A stretch of DNA of 64,000 bases from Iphione sp. A-MEVVRFRX5 (GCA_976226885.1 OZ320319.1:59582001-59646000); one strand, 5' to 3'. Shown: positions 11,601-26,600, counted from the first letter of the stretch. Numbers and translations: made by a program. The notes: generated by a model from the sequence alone, not told the origin.

Positions 11601-14600
11601 TTCATTAAAAGATCTCCGCTAACAGTAACAGACTCATCTGTTCTTGAGCGTTTCTTCTTTGACTTTAATCTCCCTACTTCATCGACTTCGTCTGGTCCAT
11701 CCAACAGTAGCTCACCACTCACTGTTACTGACTCATCAGTGCGCCTCAATTTTCTCAGGGCAGCTGCATGATCTATTTCATCAAGATCTCTATCATCAGT
11801 AATAGTAACTGATTCCTCCATGGATTGGCTTACTTTCTTTGCTACCTCATCAGCATCTTTGATTTGAAAATCTCCAGCTGCACCTTCTACCTCATCAAGA
11901 TCCTTCTGGATTATATCACCAGTGATGGTAACTGATTCCTCCATTGAAGATTTGATTTCCTTTGTCACCTCATCATCATCTTTGATCAGAAGATCTCCAG
12001 TGACAGTCACTGACTCATCTGCACTACTTATCTTTTTTAGGGCAGCAGCATGTTCCAATTTATCATGATCTTTCTGGATAATATCATTAGTGATAGTAAA
12101 GGATTCCTCAGTTGATGACTTGATTTTCTTCATCACCTCATCATCACCTTTGATCTGAAGATCTCCAGTGACAGTCACAGAATCAACTGCACTACTTATC
12201 TTTTTTATGGCAGCAGCACTTTCTACTTCATCATGATCTTTCTGGATAATATCACCAGTGATAGCAAAGGATTCCTCAGTTGATGACTTGATTTTCCTTG
12301 TCACCTCATCATCATCTTTGATCAGAAGATCTCCAGTGATGGTCACAGAATCATCTGCACTACTTATCTGTTTTAGGGCAGCAGCACTTTCCACTTCATC
12401 GTGATCTTTCTGGATAATATCACCAGTGATGGTAAAGGATTCCTCAGTTGATGACTTGATTTTCTTTGTCACCTCATCATCATCTTTGATCAGAAGATCT
12501 CCAGTGATGGTCACAGAATCATCTGCACTACTTATTTCTTTTAGGGCAGCAGCACTTTCTACTTCATCAAGATTTTTCTGAAGAATATCACCTGAGATGG
12601 TAACAGATTCTGCTGTGGATGATTTGATTTTCTTTGTCACTCCTTCAGTATCTTTCATAATAAGATCCCCAGTAACTGTCACTGACTCATCTGTGCGTTT
12701 TAACCTTTGTAGGGCAGCAGCACTTTCTGTTTCATCAAGATCTTTCTGTATGACATTACCAGTGATGGTAACTGACTCTTCAGTAGAAGATTCTACTTTC
12801 TTTGTCACTTTATGACTGTCTTTGGTGAGGATGTCTCCCGTTACAGTTACAGATTCTTCTGTGTGGCATTTCTTTTTAGATACAATGTTATCTATCTCCT
12901 CACTCATCCGCCGCTCAAGTGTAGCAGTCGTACTGTCTGACTCTTCTCTGCTTGGCGTTACTTTCTTTGCTACTGACCCGATAGCTTCATCTACAGAGGA
13001 TGAACTGTCTTTCCTCTTGACAAGCTTGCCATCAATCAATGAAAAGGAGGACTTTCTCTCGGGTGGTTTGGAGATTGGCTTAAACACCATTACATTGACG
13101 ACTACTGATATACCACCTATATCATTGAAGGCAACCATGGTGTATTCTCCGGCATCTTCAATTTTGGCATCGAGAATCTCGAGGAAATGCATGTCTTCTG
13201 GTTTATCGTAATCAACAGAGACTCTTGAGTCAGGCTCACCGGTCTTTAGTTGGGTATCTCCTTTGAACCATTCGACCTCAGGTTTAGGATCACCTGTTGG
13301 AAAACAAAATGTCGAGGATTAAGAGAGTGCATCAAGAGTAAAAAGAGGAATTAACTAACTGCTCTGAATTTTTATAGCACGGTTAACATTTAAATTTGAG
13401 TAAATTACAATAGCCCAAAACTGACTCTTCAAAAAGATGTTAGGGCCATCAATATATTTTGCACTATAACTATAATCAATAAATATTAACACTATCCATT
13501 TGGTACGTGGTCACGCCTCTTTATGTATGTATTCCTGTACAAATAATGCAAGGAGGTAGCTGCATGTGTTTGACTTATACTAGACATGGAATTCTGTTTG
13601 TATGCAGTCTGAAAAGAATAGGTACCTTTTCGGTTTGTCAAAAAAACTGTCAACAATGGTGTTAAAAGTGGTTCCTGACCTGCAACGCATCCGAAGAGGA
13701 AAATCGGTTTCCCTGCGTCTACGTAAACGGATTTTGGTGGAATGACGATCTCAGGGGATCCTTCGGTGTGTTCTATATCCCCTGGAGTTCCACTGCCAGA
13801 TGCTGGTTTCGGAGGCTTTGGTCTTTCGGACATTGAGGGTTCCGTGCCAGCTTGATCTGCTGGAGGTTCCTTGGCTTTACGGTCCGGTTGGCCTGTCACT
13901 ACCACCCGAACAGTAACAGACATGCTTCCATGGATGTTCTCAGCCTTGATGCTATATTCACCAGTGTCGCTCTCCTCGGCATTGTGGATGATAAGGATAT
14001 AGAGGTTGTTCTCTGCATCGCACTCTATTTCTATACGGGTGTCAAACTTATCACTAAGTGGGGTATCCTCTCTGAGCCAGGTGACCTCGGGTACTGGCTC
14101 ACCTGGGAGTGCAGAAAATACACCGACGGGACATAGATGAAGCACAGATCCACAACACAAATACATGTAGTACTTATCAACGTAACGTAATATTAGACAA
14201 ATAACTTAATTATCAATGAAAATAGCTACAGGACACTGAATATCTAGGAAGTGGTTCTATTTTTATCGGTATTCTCTTGATATTTTATAGATGTAAGTTC
14301 ATAGATGTTAGTTGTTTAAGCTGCAAATGAAGCTGAAAGTGATATAGATGCATCTAAAGATATGTAACATATTAGAGCAAGACACAGGACATGCAAAGAA
14401 AACATTGACGCCGAAATAATGTAATAACACACCAATGTATTATAACTAGAGCATTACAACAGCTTGGTGCAATTGTCTTTCATGTATAAAGCTCCTGGTT
14501 TACCAAGAAACATTTCAACAATCCTGGGGAAAATGTCCGGACTTCAACAGTCTCAAAAGTGATAACGAAAAGACCAGTTTGTTTCAAAAGACTACCCGGA

Positions 14601-17600
14601 AAAGCTCTATTCCAAGCATCGTTTCTTCCTTGGCAATGAAAGTGTCCATTAGTCCTTGGAGGGAGTGCTGCAAATCGTAAGCGAATTTTAGACCGGAAAG
14701 ACCTTCAGCAACATTACAATTATGCTATTGCCCACACAAAACCTTGTCTATGAACGTAGGTACACGTTGTCAGTTCGGCAATATTTCCCACTTAAGTCAA
14801 CTCAACGACGCATCTCAGAGAGGGGGCTCCTGGCTGGGGTATATATGTATATAAATGAACAGTTCACACTATAATGTATGTAGATTCATAAAGTCCATTC
14901 ACGATTAACTGAACTTGGATCCAAACTTCATCGCGCCACGGATGTCAGAGAACATGGGGTCCGACAGCAGCCGAGATGAAGAGCTTGAGCTGCTGGAAGA
15001 GCTACTGCTTTGGACAACACGTCTCTCATAAGAACCAGATGAAGATGATCCAGAGCCAACCGTAACACTGACGGTCACGCTGGTGCTTCCCTTATCATTC
15101 TCGGCGACAGCTTTGTATTCACCGGCATCCTCCTCGGTAGCATCCCGGATTTCCAAGAACTGGATGTCGGTCTTCAGGTCCCAGTCAACCCGAATACGCT
15201 TGTCCCACTTTCGAGGTTTGATTCGTTTGCCATCTTTGTACCAGATCACGTCTGGCTCGGGATCACCTGAGGATGAAGGATACAAGAACGTGTTAGAAAT
15301 CGCCAGGCGTTTTATGTTGCATGCGATTTTCTAACATTTGGCAGATGAATAAGTCTCTTTTATACTCCTATATTTAGTGTAATTGAATATATTATGCAAA
15401 TACATGTATGTATTGTATATCGCTTGTCAGATTTGTAATGTACCCTACATTTGAGGAATGGCCATGAAATGAGAATGCTGGAACGCAAAGGGACATAGTA
15501 ATGGAATGTATATAATACGTGAGGATAACATTTGTATTGAATGGCAATAGTGGGACATTTCTAAACACAGACAAATATGGCAGTCGCAAACCACGCAAAA
15601 AGGGGAAATATATGTTAGGAGCTTTTTTAGGAACCAAACATAAAAACATTAGCGGAGAGACAAAAACTAAACAAGTGGTTAGTGGAAAAACAGAATACAA
15701 AGAACCATGATTTTGACAGTTTTCCAATGAAAGTAAAGCCATGTTTAAAGGTACATAATAGAGTTTTCAAGCAGAAAGGGATAACAGATGGAATAATATT
15801 CTGGACAACGTATGAAATGGAAACAATACGAATGTAATCAACAAGTGCTTAGCAGGTGCTGCTCATAAGACAAAAAAGCATTTTAAACGTATTTTAATGT
15901 GCCTGGTAATTATAAGAAGCATTTATGCGGGACTATTTTAACTGTGTGGGAATTGTGGAAGACGCGTTTCCAAGCTTTCAGTGACCTGACCTTCAGTACT
16001 ACATGTCAATCGGATGGTTTCACCAACTTGCGCTGAAACCGGTTGCGGAGAAGTGGTAAATACTGGGGAGCCTTTGCGCCTGGTAGAGCTTTGCATTTGT
16101 CTCGTCTGAACTGATTCAGTCCCCAAGCTTCCTAGGTCAAAGCCAGCTCCAAGGTCACGCATTACTGATGAGGCACTCATATCCTGGCCAACGGAAAGGC
16201 GAAGGTCATCACCTCCTTCAAGGTCAAACTTTGTAGATTTTATATGCACTTTGGCCCCAGTGAACGGGAAGTCTGGAAACTCTGACGCAGCTTCTGAGAG
16301 TGTCTGAAACTGTTTTTGATCTTCCATCCTGAGGGGGCCTCCACCAGAATCAATACTAATACTAACGGTGCGACGCACCCTACCGCATTCATTCTCTGCT
16401 ATGACGGTATAATCTCCGGAATCATCAGAGGTGCTATCGCGGATGGTGAGAACATGCATCCCACTGGATGATAAAAAGTCTACTGTCATGCGTTTGTCCC
16501 ACAAATCTCCAGTTATTGCCTCATTGTCCTTCAGCCAAGTAACAGTTGGTTCTGGTTGACCTACACAGCCAATAGGCAGTGAAAACAAACATACAAAGGG
16601 GCTTGAGTGATGGAAAAGAGATTTAGACCTTTGGAAGAATTTCTCAACTGGTTACAATGTTAGTTTTTGTTCTGAAAATATTTCCTTACTTATATTTTTA
16701 TAATCTGCACATTGGCTTGGGAACACATATGGAAGAAAATTTGAACTAAATAAATAATAAATCTTATGCTTTATCTTTCATCACTGGGAACTAGGTTGTC
16801 AACATTTTGCATGTACCTGTAACTCGGCACGTCAGTCTCACAGGCTCTCCCGCCTTGACAACCTCAGGCTCAGGGCTTACTTCAAAGTGAGGGGGATAGG
16901 AGTCACCGTCAGTTGTTGACAATTGTCTGACAGCAGATTTGGCTGAGGCAAGCTCTCTTGCGATGATTTCTTGGACAGACATTTCCGCTGCGTCATCTGG
17001 TTTTGTTGAGTGGGAGGTTTCTTGTATTGTTATGCCAACTGGTTCTGAGTCACCACTAACGTGGCGTTCTGAAGACCGCTCTTCAATGACAACTTGCATA
17101 ACTTCATCAGTGACCACTACATCTACAGTTACAAGTAGGATGCCTCGAGAATTTTCTGCTTGCACTGAGTACTTCCCACTATCTATGATGGAGGCGTTCT
17201 CTATGATAAGGCTCGACATCCTGGAGGACTCCTCGTACACTCTACATATTCGGGCATCTCTATTGTCAAAGGCTATGGGTGTCTGATCTTTGTACCAGGT
17301 CAAGGTCGGTTCAGGGTCACCTGTAGGCAAACACATTATCAATTTAAATACTCCATTAAATCATGGGTTTTAGCGGTATCTTAAATTTTAATTTCATTGC
17401 GTTTTCCTCATATTATACAAGTTTATCGATATTTGAAATCGATTAGGTTATATTATTAATTCAATAAAGGTTAAAATCATGAATTTGTCATGCCGTGGTA
17501 TCAACGATGAAGTAGGGAGGAGGACTGGAAAAAGAATCTCATTCTCAAAGAACCGTTCGATCAATACGTGTCGATAGGGATGCATGTTGACATATCCAAT

Positions 17601-20600
17601 TTTCCTGGAAATGTGAATGCAGGAAAATCATCAACCATACTATGAGTGCTTTGCAATCACTATGAACGATGTATAGTAAACTGCATCAGCTGCAACAATT
17701 CCCATGTCATATAGCATCAACATCCGCCAACCACAAAATGTTGTGGTTTTAAAGGATTTGTTTGTTTTTTTATATAAACCAGCTTGAACGCGAATTATCA
17801 ACAGTAGTCAGCATACAAGTCAGAAACACCTAACATGCCATAATGAGCTAGTTGTTGACATTCGGTTCGATGAGTAAACGTTACTAAAAAGACACTGAAG
17901 AGCCAGCTTGGTGAACAGAAGCTGGTTTTCAGTGCCATCATCCAAAATGCGATTCTGAAGTTATATATAGAGTATCTAACCTGAAACTTTACAGCTGAGC
18001 ATTATAACTTCGCCTGGGACTACTACCACTGGGTCAGGGTAAATGTCCATGACAGGTGCTCCTTCGGGCAATTCTGAGGAGGCGGCACCTTCAGTGACCT
18101 CACTGGTCGACTCTGTAGTCATCTGAGATAATACTTCACTATCCTCCCCTTTGGGGTTCCGAGAGGGATTCCCAGTAGGATTCCCAGTAGGACTATCAGT
18201 AGGATTCCGAGTAAGACTATCAGTAGGATTATCGTTAGGATTATCAGTAGGATTCCCAGTAGGACTATCAGTAGGATTACCAGAAGGACTATCAGTAGAA
18301 GTATCCTTAGGATTATCAGTAGGATTGCCAGTATTTACATCCTCATGAATACTGGTCACTCCATCTGTTTTTGATTCGGTTGCCTTCAAAGCAGAACTAG
18401 CAACAATTTGCTCATCTGAGACTGATTCAGTGGCAGTTGAAGTCTGCTCCTCTTCCACTTTAGTCTCCCTGGATAGAATTTCTTTGATGGTCTCGCGTGG
18501 ATCAATCTCCACTTCAGTCAACTTCAGAATCTCGGTTGGCGTATAATGACCAACATAGACATTTACCGTGTAACTGGCAGTTCCCAGTGAGTTTTCAGCC
18601 TTCACTGTATATTCACCAGCATCTTTCTTTGTACATTTCATGATATTCAAGATGTATTTCTCTTCTTGTTTCATGACTCTAATCCTTCGATCCCATTTCT
18701 TTGGCCTAATGGGTTCGTTGTTATGATACCACGTTACCGTGGGCTCTGGGAAAGATGACACTCTGCATGAGAGACGTATAGCTTTATCGTCTTCCACTAC
18801 AACAGGATCTGGCGGTTGAAGAAACTTTGGGGGAGAATCCTCCCTTTCAACGGCAGTTGCAAGTTTGCTTGTTTCAGAGTCGGGGACCTTCTCTTCCTTT
18901 GGCAGATCTTCAATCATGACATTGACGGTATGACTTATTCCTCCATAGTAGTTGTCAAACTGAACAGTATATTCTCCTCCATCTGCGTGTGTGGCTTTGC
19001 TGATATTCATGATGAAGTAGTCTGTTTTCATAAACCTGATGCGCCGATCCCATTTCTTGGGTCTAATAGGGTCGTCTCCTTTGAACCAAAACAGCTCCTT
19101 CGGCTCTGGATCAGCAGTGACTTTGCATGCGAGACGTATAGTATCTCCAATCTTTACAGTTACAGGTTTAGGAAGCTCCACAAATCGGGGGGCCTTCGGA
19201 TGATCTGATTCCAGTTTTCGTTCAGATGCCTTCGAAAACCCTGTAGACACTCGTACAATGTCATCCTCTTCTGCAACAGCCTCTACCATCTTGTTCTCGT
19301 CTAGAACTTCTGTTGTTTCCACCATCTGCTTTGGGAGGTCCTCTGTCTTGATAGGGATTTCATCTGTCCTGATAGATACCTCCTCGGGAATTTCTTCCTC
19401 TACCAACTCTTCCTCCTTGGTGATACTCATGATACTTTCTCTTCCCACAATGGTCTCTGAAGTTGACGCACCTTGCTCCTCCATCTGGGCCGCTGGTTGC
19501 TCCATGCCTACTAAGACTGTAACAATGAATGAGGCTCTTCCGAAACTGTTCTCAGCGAGGACTTTATACTCTCCCGAATCTTCAGAAGTCGAGTTCTTTA
19601 TTATCAAGCTGTACATATCCGTGGCAATGTCCCATTTAACTTCGGTTCGCTTATCCCACTTCTTTGGTTTGATGAGCATTTCATCCTTGTACCATGTGAT
19701 TTCTGCCTCTGGTTTAGACGAAACTCCACATGTTAAGTTGATTGTATCACCAATATCAATGCTTGCAGAGCTTGGCGGTTTTACGAAAACCGGTGCCATA
19801 GGCTCTTCTTCTGCTTCTGCTATGCTAGGTGCTTCTGCTCCATGCTTCCCTCCCGTCAGAAAATCTGTCTCTGATGCGTCAACTGCTACATGCTCAATAA
19901 CCTCATCGGAAAAGGTAACAAATTTCTTCGATTTATCATCCTCTGCAGAGATTTCTTGAACAACTTCGTGTGTTTCTTCAACTTTTCCTCCTGTCAGTTC
20001 AGGGGAACTTGCCTTTACTTCTGGGAAGCCAACTAAAACAGATACAGTATGTGTGGCGGTTCCGCATGTATTCGATGCAAGGATCTTATACTCCCCAGAA
20101 TCATCAGGAGTACACTCGTGGATAGTTAGGCGGTAAGTGTCATCAGCAATACTCCATTTCACCTCAATTCTTTTCTCCCACTTCTTCGGGCGAATGGCTT
20201 TCTCTCCTTTGTACCATGCTACATCTGGTTCAGGATCACCAGCTACCTTGCAGACGAGTGAAGCACTTTGTCCTGGTTCCACTATAACATCATTGGGTAC
20301 CTCGGTGAAGATTGGTTTTCCATCCTCCTCCTCAGATGATGATGATGTTTCTTCCGATTCTTCTATTGACACAGTCTTAAACCCTGTTACAGTTTCTTCT
20401 GTTTCTTCAAACTGAAAGGTCATATCCTTCGGTGGTGATTCAACAGAGGAGACCGTTTCATCTTTTAACTCCTCCTCATGTTTCTCGTCAACCTCCTCTA
20501 CGGCTTTACTTATACTGTTCTCATCTGTTTCTACATCCAGTCTCTTTGTGCCCTTTTCTTCACACTTTGTTTTTTCGTCGGTTTTCTCTTCTGTTATTTC

Positions 20601-23600
20601 TTTCGCCTTCACTTGTATTTCCTCTTCTGTTTCTCCTTTAGGTTTTCCCTCAGTTGTCACGTCCGTCGTCTCTTCTATTTCCTCAATTACTTCTTTTTCA
20701 GGCTTCTTGTCAGCTATTTCCTTTATTTCCTCCTCAGCCTTCTGTTCTGCTTCTATAACTGTCTCCTCTACTATCTGATCAGTCCCAGCTTCGAGTGTGC
20801 TTGTCGCTGGTATTTTATCTTCGATGGCTTCATCTTCCTTCTGTGCAGATTCGTCATCTGCTGTCTTTTCTGCCTTCTCTTGGGGTTTTTCTTCAGTTAT
20901 TGGTAATTCAGTTTCTTTAGCTAATGTGAAAGCGTCTGGCTTACCAACATGGACGGTTACAGCGTGAGTTGATACGCCACAGGTGTTCGATGCCACCACT
21001 TTGTACTCCCCACTATCTGCCTTGGTGGACTTGAGTATTGTAAGGACGTACGTATCATCTGCAATATTCCAAGTAACTTTCACACGCTGATCCCACTTCT
21101 TGGGTCTAATGGGCTTGCCGTCCTTGTGCCAAGTGACATCTGCCTCTGGATCCGCTTCTACTTGACAACTTAAGGTGATTGTCTCTCCCGGGTCAACAGT
21201 AACTCCTTCAGGTGTCTGTACAAATGCTGGAACATTACCCTCCTCCTCTGATTCACTTGATGAATCATCACTGACTGAAACGGTATCAAAAGCTGTGACA
21301 GATTCACTTACTTCTTCCAGCTGAAAATCCATCTTGGTCTCTGACTCTGCCAGTTTAGTTGAGACTGGTTCCTCTTTCTTAGGCTCTACGAAGCTTTCCT
21401 CAGTTTCACCTTTCAGACTGACATGAGCTTCTTCAGATGAGATTTTTTCCGAGATTTTATCCTTGACGATGAATACGTCTTCTGTTTGCTTTTCTATTGT
21501 CGCCTCTTGTGTGGTCTCTCTGCTTTCTTGTGATATGCTTTCTACAGTTTCAGCTTCTTGCGTGATTACCTTAATGTCTGTCTGTACTTGGTCCTCTGGA
21601 ACCTGCCCGATTTCCTCAGTGGTTTCAACTTGCCTTTTGCTTTCCTCAACGATATAACCAACATGGGTTAGTTCTAGGATCTCGGTTGAGGTGTAGTTGC
21701 CCACATAGACTGACACCGTAAATGTGGCACTACCTTCCGAGTTCTCCGCCTTCACAGTGTACTGTCCTGCATCTTTCTTGGTGCATTTCATAATATTAAG
21801 TATCTGCTTGTCGTCCTGCTTTGATACACGAATTCTTCTGTCCCATTTCTTTGGTGTGATTGGTGAATCAGAATGGTACCAAGTAACACTAGGCTCAGGG
21901 AAACCTGAAACCTTACATGAAAGGCGAATACCTTTGTCTTCTTCCACCACCACAGGCACTGGAGGTTGTACGAATTTGGGAGCAGATTTAACTGCCTCAT
22001 CTCCTGGAGCTGTATCTTCAGTGGTTTTTGCCTCTGGACTTGGAACTGAAACTTCGCCCAACACGACGACCGTCACATTGACTGTGTGAAATATTTCTCC
22101 ATAATAGTTATCAAACTGGACTGTATATTCTCCCGCGTCTTCTTGAGTGGCTTTGGTAATATTCATGATGAAGCGGTCAGTCTTAGAAAACCTGATCCGA
22201 GGGTCCCATTTCTTAGGTCTGATGGGCTCATTTCCTTTGAACCAAAACAGTTCTTTAGGATCTGGATCTGCTGTCACTTTGCAGGCAATTCTTATGGTAT
22301 CACCTACATTAACTTTGACCGATTCAGGTAGGTCAATGAATCTCGGTGCTTTGGGGTGATCAGAATTCAATGGTTTCTTCGACAGTTTAGAAAAGCTTTT
22401 GGTAACGTTAACAGCCAGGACGCTTTCCTCGGAAGGGATGTCCGGTTGCCCCGAAGACTTTATATCACCTTTTAAATCAATGCTTGATGTTTTTTTCTCT
22501 ACGCTGACGTTTTCTGCTTCTTCGGTCACGTCTGGAACGATTTCAACCGTAATGCTCTCTTCTACATCGGACAATTTAGAGTCCATTCCAGTAGCTGCCT
22601 CTAATTTGCTTTCACCTGCTTTCTCTACTAATGAGGTTTCTTGTGTCGTTACCTCGGCAGTAGTTTGGTGTTCTCTCTGCTCTGTCGACTGTGGTAAAGG
22701 AGCTGGAGGGATTTCTGCTGCTGCTGCTGACTCTGTTGGCTTACTAACCTCTTTGCCGACAACGACAGACACACTCCGTGATGCACAGCCCTGCATGTTG
22801 GAAGCTACTGCTTTATATTGACCAGCATCATCAACCGTCGCTCTTTCAATTACCAAAGTATAGCTGTCGTCTGCGATGCCCCACTTCACCTTGATACGGG
22901 TATCCCATTTCTTCGGCCGTATCGCCTTGTCGCCTTTGTACCATGTTACATCTGGATCGCCGGAAATGATGCATTTCAATATGATGGTCTCTCCAATATC
23001 AACCGTGACATTTTGTGGAGCCTGCTCAAAGTTTGGTTTACCTTCGTCATCTGACTCTGATTCTTCTGAGGATGAATCATCACGTTCAAGTGTAACAGCT
23101 TTAAATCCTGTTACTGTTTCTTGCACCTCTTCTAGTCGGAAACCCATAGTAGTTCCCTCTGTTTCTCCAGTACTTTTAGCTTCCTTATCACTACTTTCTT
23201 TATCCTTGACAGCATCGCCTTCCATATGTCCTGGGTTATCCTTCACTGCTGTCTCAACATGTGATCCTTTCTCTGAATTAGCTGCATAATCTCCTTTCTG
23301 TTCATGCTTACCTTTACCTCCATCAGTGGGATTAGGCTTCGGGTTACCAAGATTAGGTGGGTGCGGGTTTCCAATATACACATCTACGGTATAGACAGCC
23401 GTTCCAAAGCGATTGGAAGCAAGGACTTTGTACGTACCGGTATCCTGCTTGCATGTTCCAGTCACCTTGAGACTATAGACATCACTAACTACATCCCAAT
23501 GGAGGACGATCCTAGTCTCCCACTTTTTGGGCTTGATCACCTTATCATCCTTGTACCATGTGATGTCTGCTTCAGGATCAGCTTCAACCTTACATTTCAG

Positions 23601-26600
23601 CTCGAATGTGGCTCCGACACCTAACACAACAGGTTCAGGACAGAGTACAAACACAGGAGCCTTGCCTTGTGCTGATTCAGACTGAGTTTCTTCAGCATGG
23701 CTTATGTTAACTGATGTTTGTGTTACATCGGTGTCTGATGTATCTCCGGTTATGATTTCAGTGACTATATGACTACCAGTAGAAGTACTCTCAGTGACCA
23801 CAGAATCATCAACTGTTAAATTGTCTATTTTGCCCCCCTTCACACTTTCCAGCTTCGGCTCTATATCCTTCACTAGCACAGTAACAGTATAATGCACACT
23901 GCCATGGACATTTGAGACCTTAATGGTATATTCTCCGGTATCCTCCAATGTCGCTTCCTCTACAAGGAGGGTGTACTGGTTTTCTGCCTCATTAGTCTCG
24001 ACCGTGAACCCTGGTTTCACCTCTTGACGATTTATCAACTCATCTCCCTTCCACCAATCTACATCAGGTTTTGGTTTGCCTGTAGTGAATATAACCCACA
24101 CAGTCCTTTTAGTATTATTTTGTTGCGCATATTTAAAAGGCAGAGTGCTTAATTATTCATGGTTGCTTGGTGGGACTGTCTTTTACTTTTTCAGCGGACT
24201 GGTTAGATGTGTAATGTAATGGAGGGATGGAATGGTATTTTATGGTTTGCAAATTAAGTTTGAATAAGCCGCAAAACTAAACTGGAAGTATTGCTGAAAT
24301 TAACATTTGTTAATGTAACTCCTTTTGAACTAGTCGTATCTAAGATTAGTTTATTGGGTAAGACTGTTATTTTGAAGACCGGAAGGTATCGGGGAGGAAT
24401 AAATGAATGTTAAAGAGAGGTTACCTTTGCATTGTGGCAATAAAAGTAATTTAACCTAAGAAACGCCTCATGTACCCATACGCTCACAACGTCTAAACGT
24501 GCATTGAGTATCTTAATATCCCAAATCATTTACAACTAAAAATCATTTCTATGGGTCTTCCTATGTTTGAGAAATGGAGAGTTCCAAAGTCAATCTCTAA
24601 GTTTAATAGGAAACGCAGGTACCACATGAAAGGTTAAAGTCAGTGTCTATGGCAAATGGGTAGTAGAGGGAGAAGGCGAAAGGAAATATGGGTCTCACGC
24701 ATAGTTGAATTGTTCACATTGACGAGGAAATGGCTCCGACGAGGAAAAGGCACAAGCAGTAGAGAACTTAACTATCAATTCTCTATGGTTGTTGCTAACC
24801 TGAAGCAAGGCAGGAGAGTTTGATTGTCTCTCCGACCCTGACGGCCACCGGTTTCGGGGAAACCTCCATGACTGGAGCGCCAGGGACGGTGGGGCCTGAT
24901 GTCTCCAAGAGGGAGGAGGAATGCTTAGTGCTAACAACTTCCGTAACGGACCCCTGGGGTTCACCCTTCGTAGTGCTCCTGCTTTCCTCGCTCACCACTT
25001 TCTGCGTACTCGAAACAGATTTCTGCGCCATGTCCACTGTCACAGCACCCTGGGCGCTAGACACGTCAGTACCCGAGGCTTTCTCCATGACCACAACTTT
25101 CACTTTTAGTGTGAAGTCACCGTTCGGATTCTCAGCCTTAACGGCATATTCCCCTGCGTCATTAAGGGTGGCGTCAGAGATGGTAAGTATGTACAGGTCA
25201 TCAGCCATTTTCCAATCAATTTTGATACGAGTATCTCGCTTTTTGGGCCTGATCTCCTGGCCATTCTTATGCCAGGTAACTTCAGGTGCCGGATCACCTG
25301 GCGTGGACAGCAGAAACACAAACAGCGAAAAGAAACAAGAAAAAAAAACTAAGAATCACCAAGAAGCATGTCCGACATTTGCGAAATAAATATTTATAAA
25401 TGTCTACAATAAAATATCTTATGAAGAAATTAGTACGTGATGTGAAATAAATGGTAAATAAATCTTTACTATATGCAGAAAGATTTAAACCTCAATTGCC
25501 GTATATCGATATAAAAAATGACTCTAATCGATCCTTTTCAAAATATCGCCTTTCCAAAAAATCAATACTAAATATAACATCAAAGGTTCCTGAGTGAAGC
25601 AAAAAATGGTAACCCAATTTCAAATAAAAATGTTAACAAAATCAAATCGAATGAAAAAGAAAGAATGGTATTAACCTGATTGTAAACCTACTGAGTAAAT
25701 AAATTGTAAAGAAAATAAATGTGAAATACTAGCGTGCGATATGTCTATCAAAACAACAACGATAACCCATTATTTTAAGGTATGTTAAGAAACAAAATCC
25801 TTTTCAGAACTGAAGACATTATTTCTAGATGTGCCTATTGTAAACGATTCCTGTGGAGGGAGGGTGAAAATGAAAAAGCATAAAAAGGGTGAGCAGTAAA
25901 TGGACTGACCTGTAACTTTACACTTCAGGCAGATGGTCTCTCCGATGCTAACGCTGACTGGCTCTGGAGCAACTTCTATGGTTGGAGCTCCGCTGTCGTC
26001 TTCCCACTCGGAATCCTCCGAGGAATCCTCGGTGAACTCCTCCTCCTCCTCCTTCTCCTGGGCTACTTTCGTTGACTTACTCTCCGACTTAGTGGTCTTG
26101 GTAGTCACTATCTCACCCCCTTCAGTCGTGCTCGTCTCTTCCACAACTACCGACGCGCCCTCACCCTCACCCCCCATAGTCTTCTCGACTCTCCTGAAAG
26201 ATCTGCTTATTTTGACAGGAGCAGGCTCCGAAGGCTTCCCTACGATAACACTGACAGTGAACTGCACCACACCGCTAGAGTTCTTTGCTTTGACCATGTA
26301 TTTCCCGTCATCTTTTCGAGTGGCGTCCTTGATGACCAAGGTATACACGTGAGTGTCCTTGTCCCAGTCGATATAGCTTCGCTGGTCGGGATTCCTGTTC
26401 TTGATCTGAGTGCTTCCCTTGAAGAACGAGACTTCGGGATCCGGTGTGCCTGGAACAGCAGGGAATATATCCTGAATGTCATTTTCTATCTTTTGTAAAT
26501 AAAGCCTTCCGAGTAAAATTTGTATAACATATGCCAAATATATTTAGTTTGAGCTTGCGATTTGGCTGTTTACTGTTACGGCTGTAATCCTCAAGGAATG

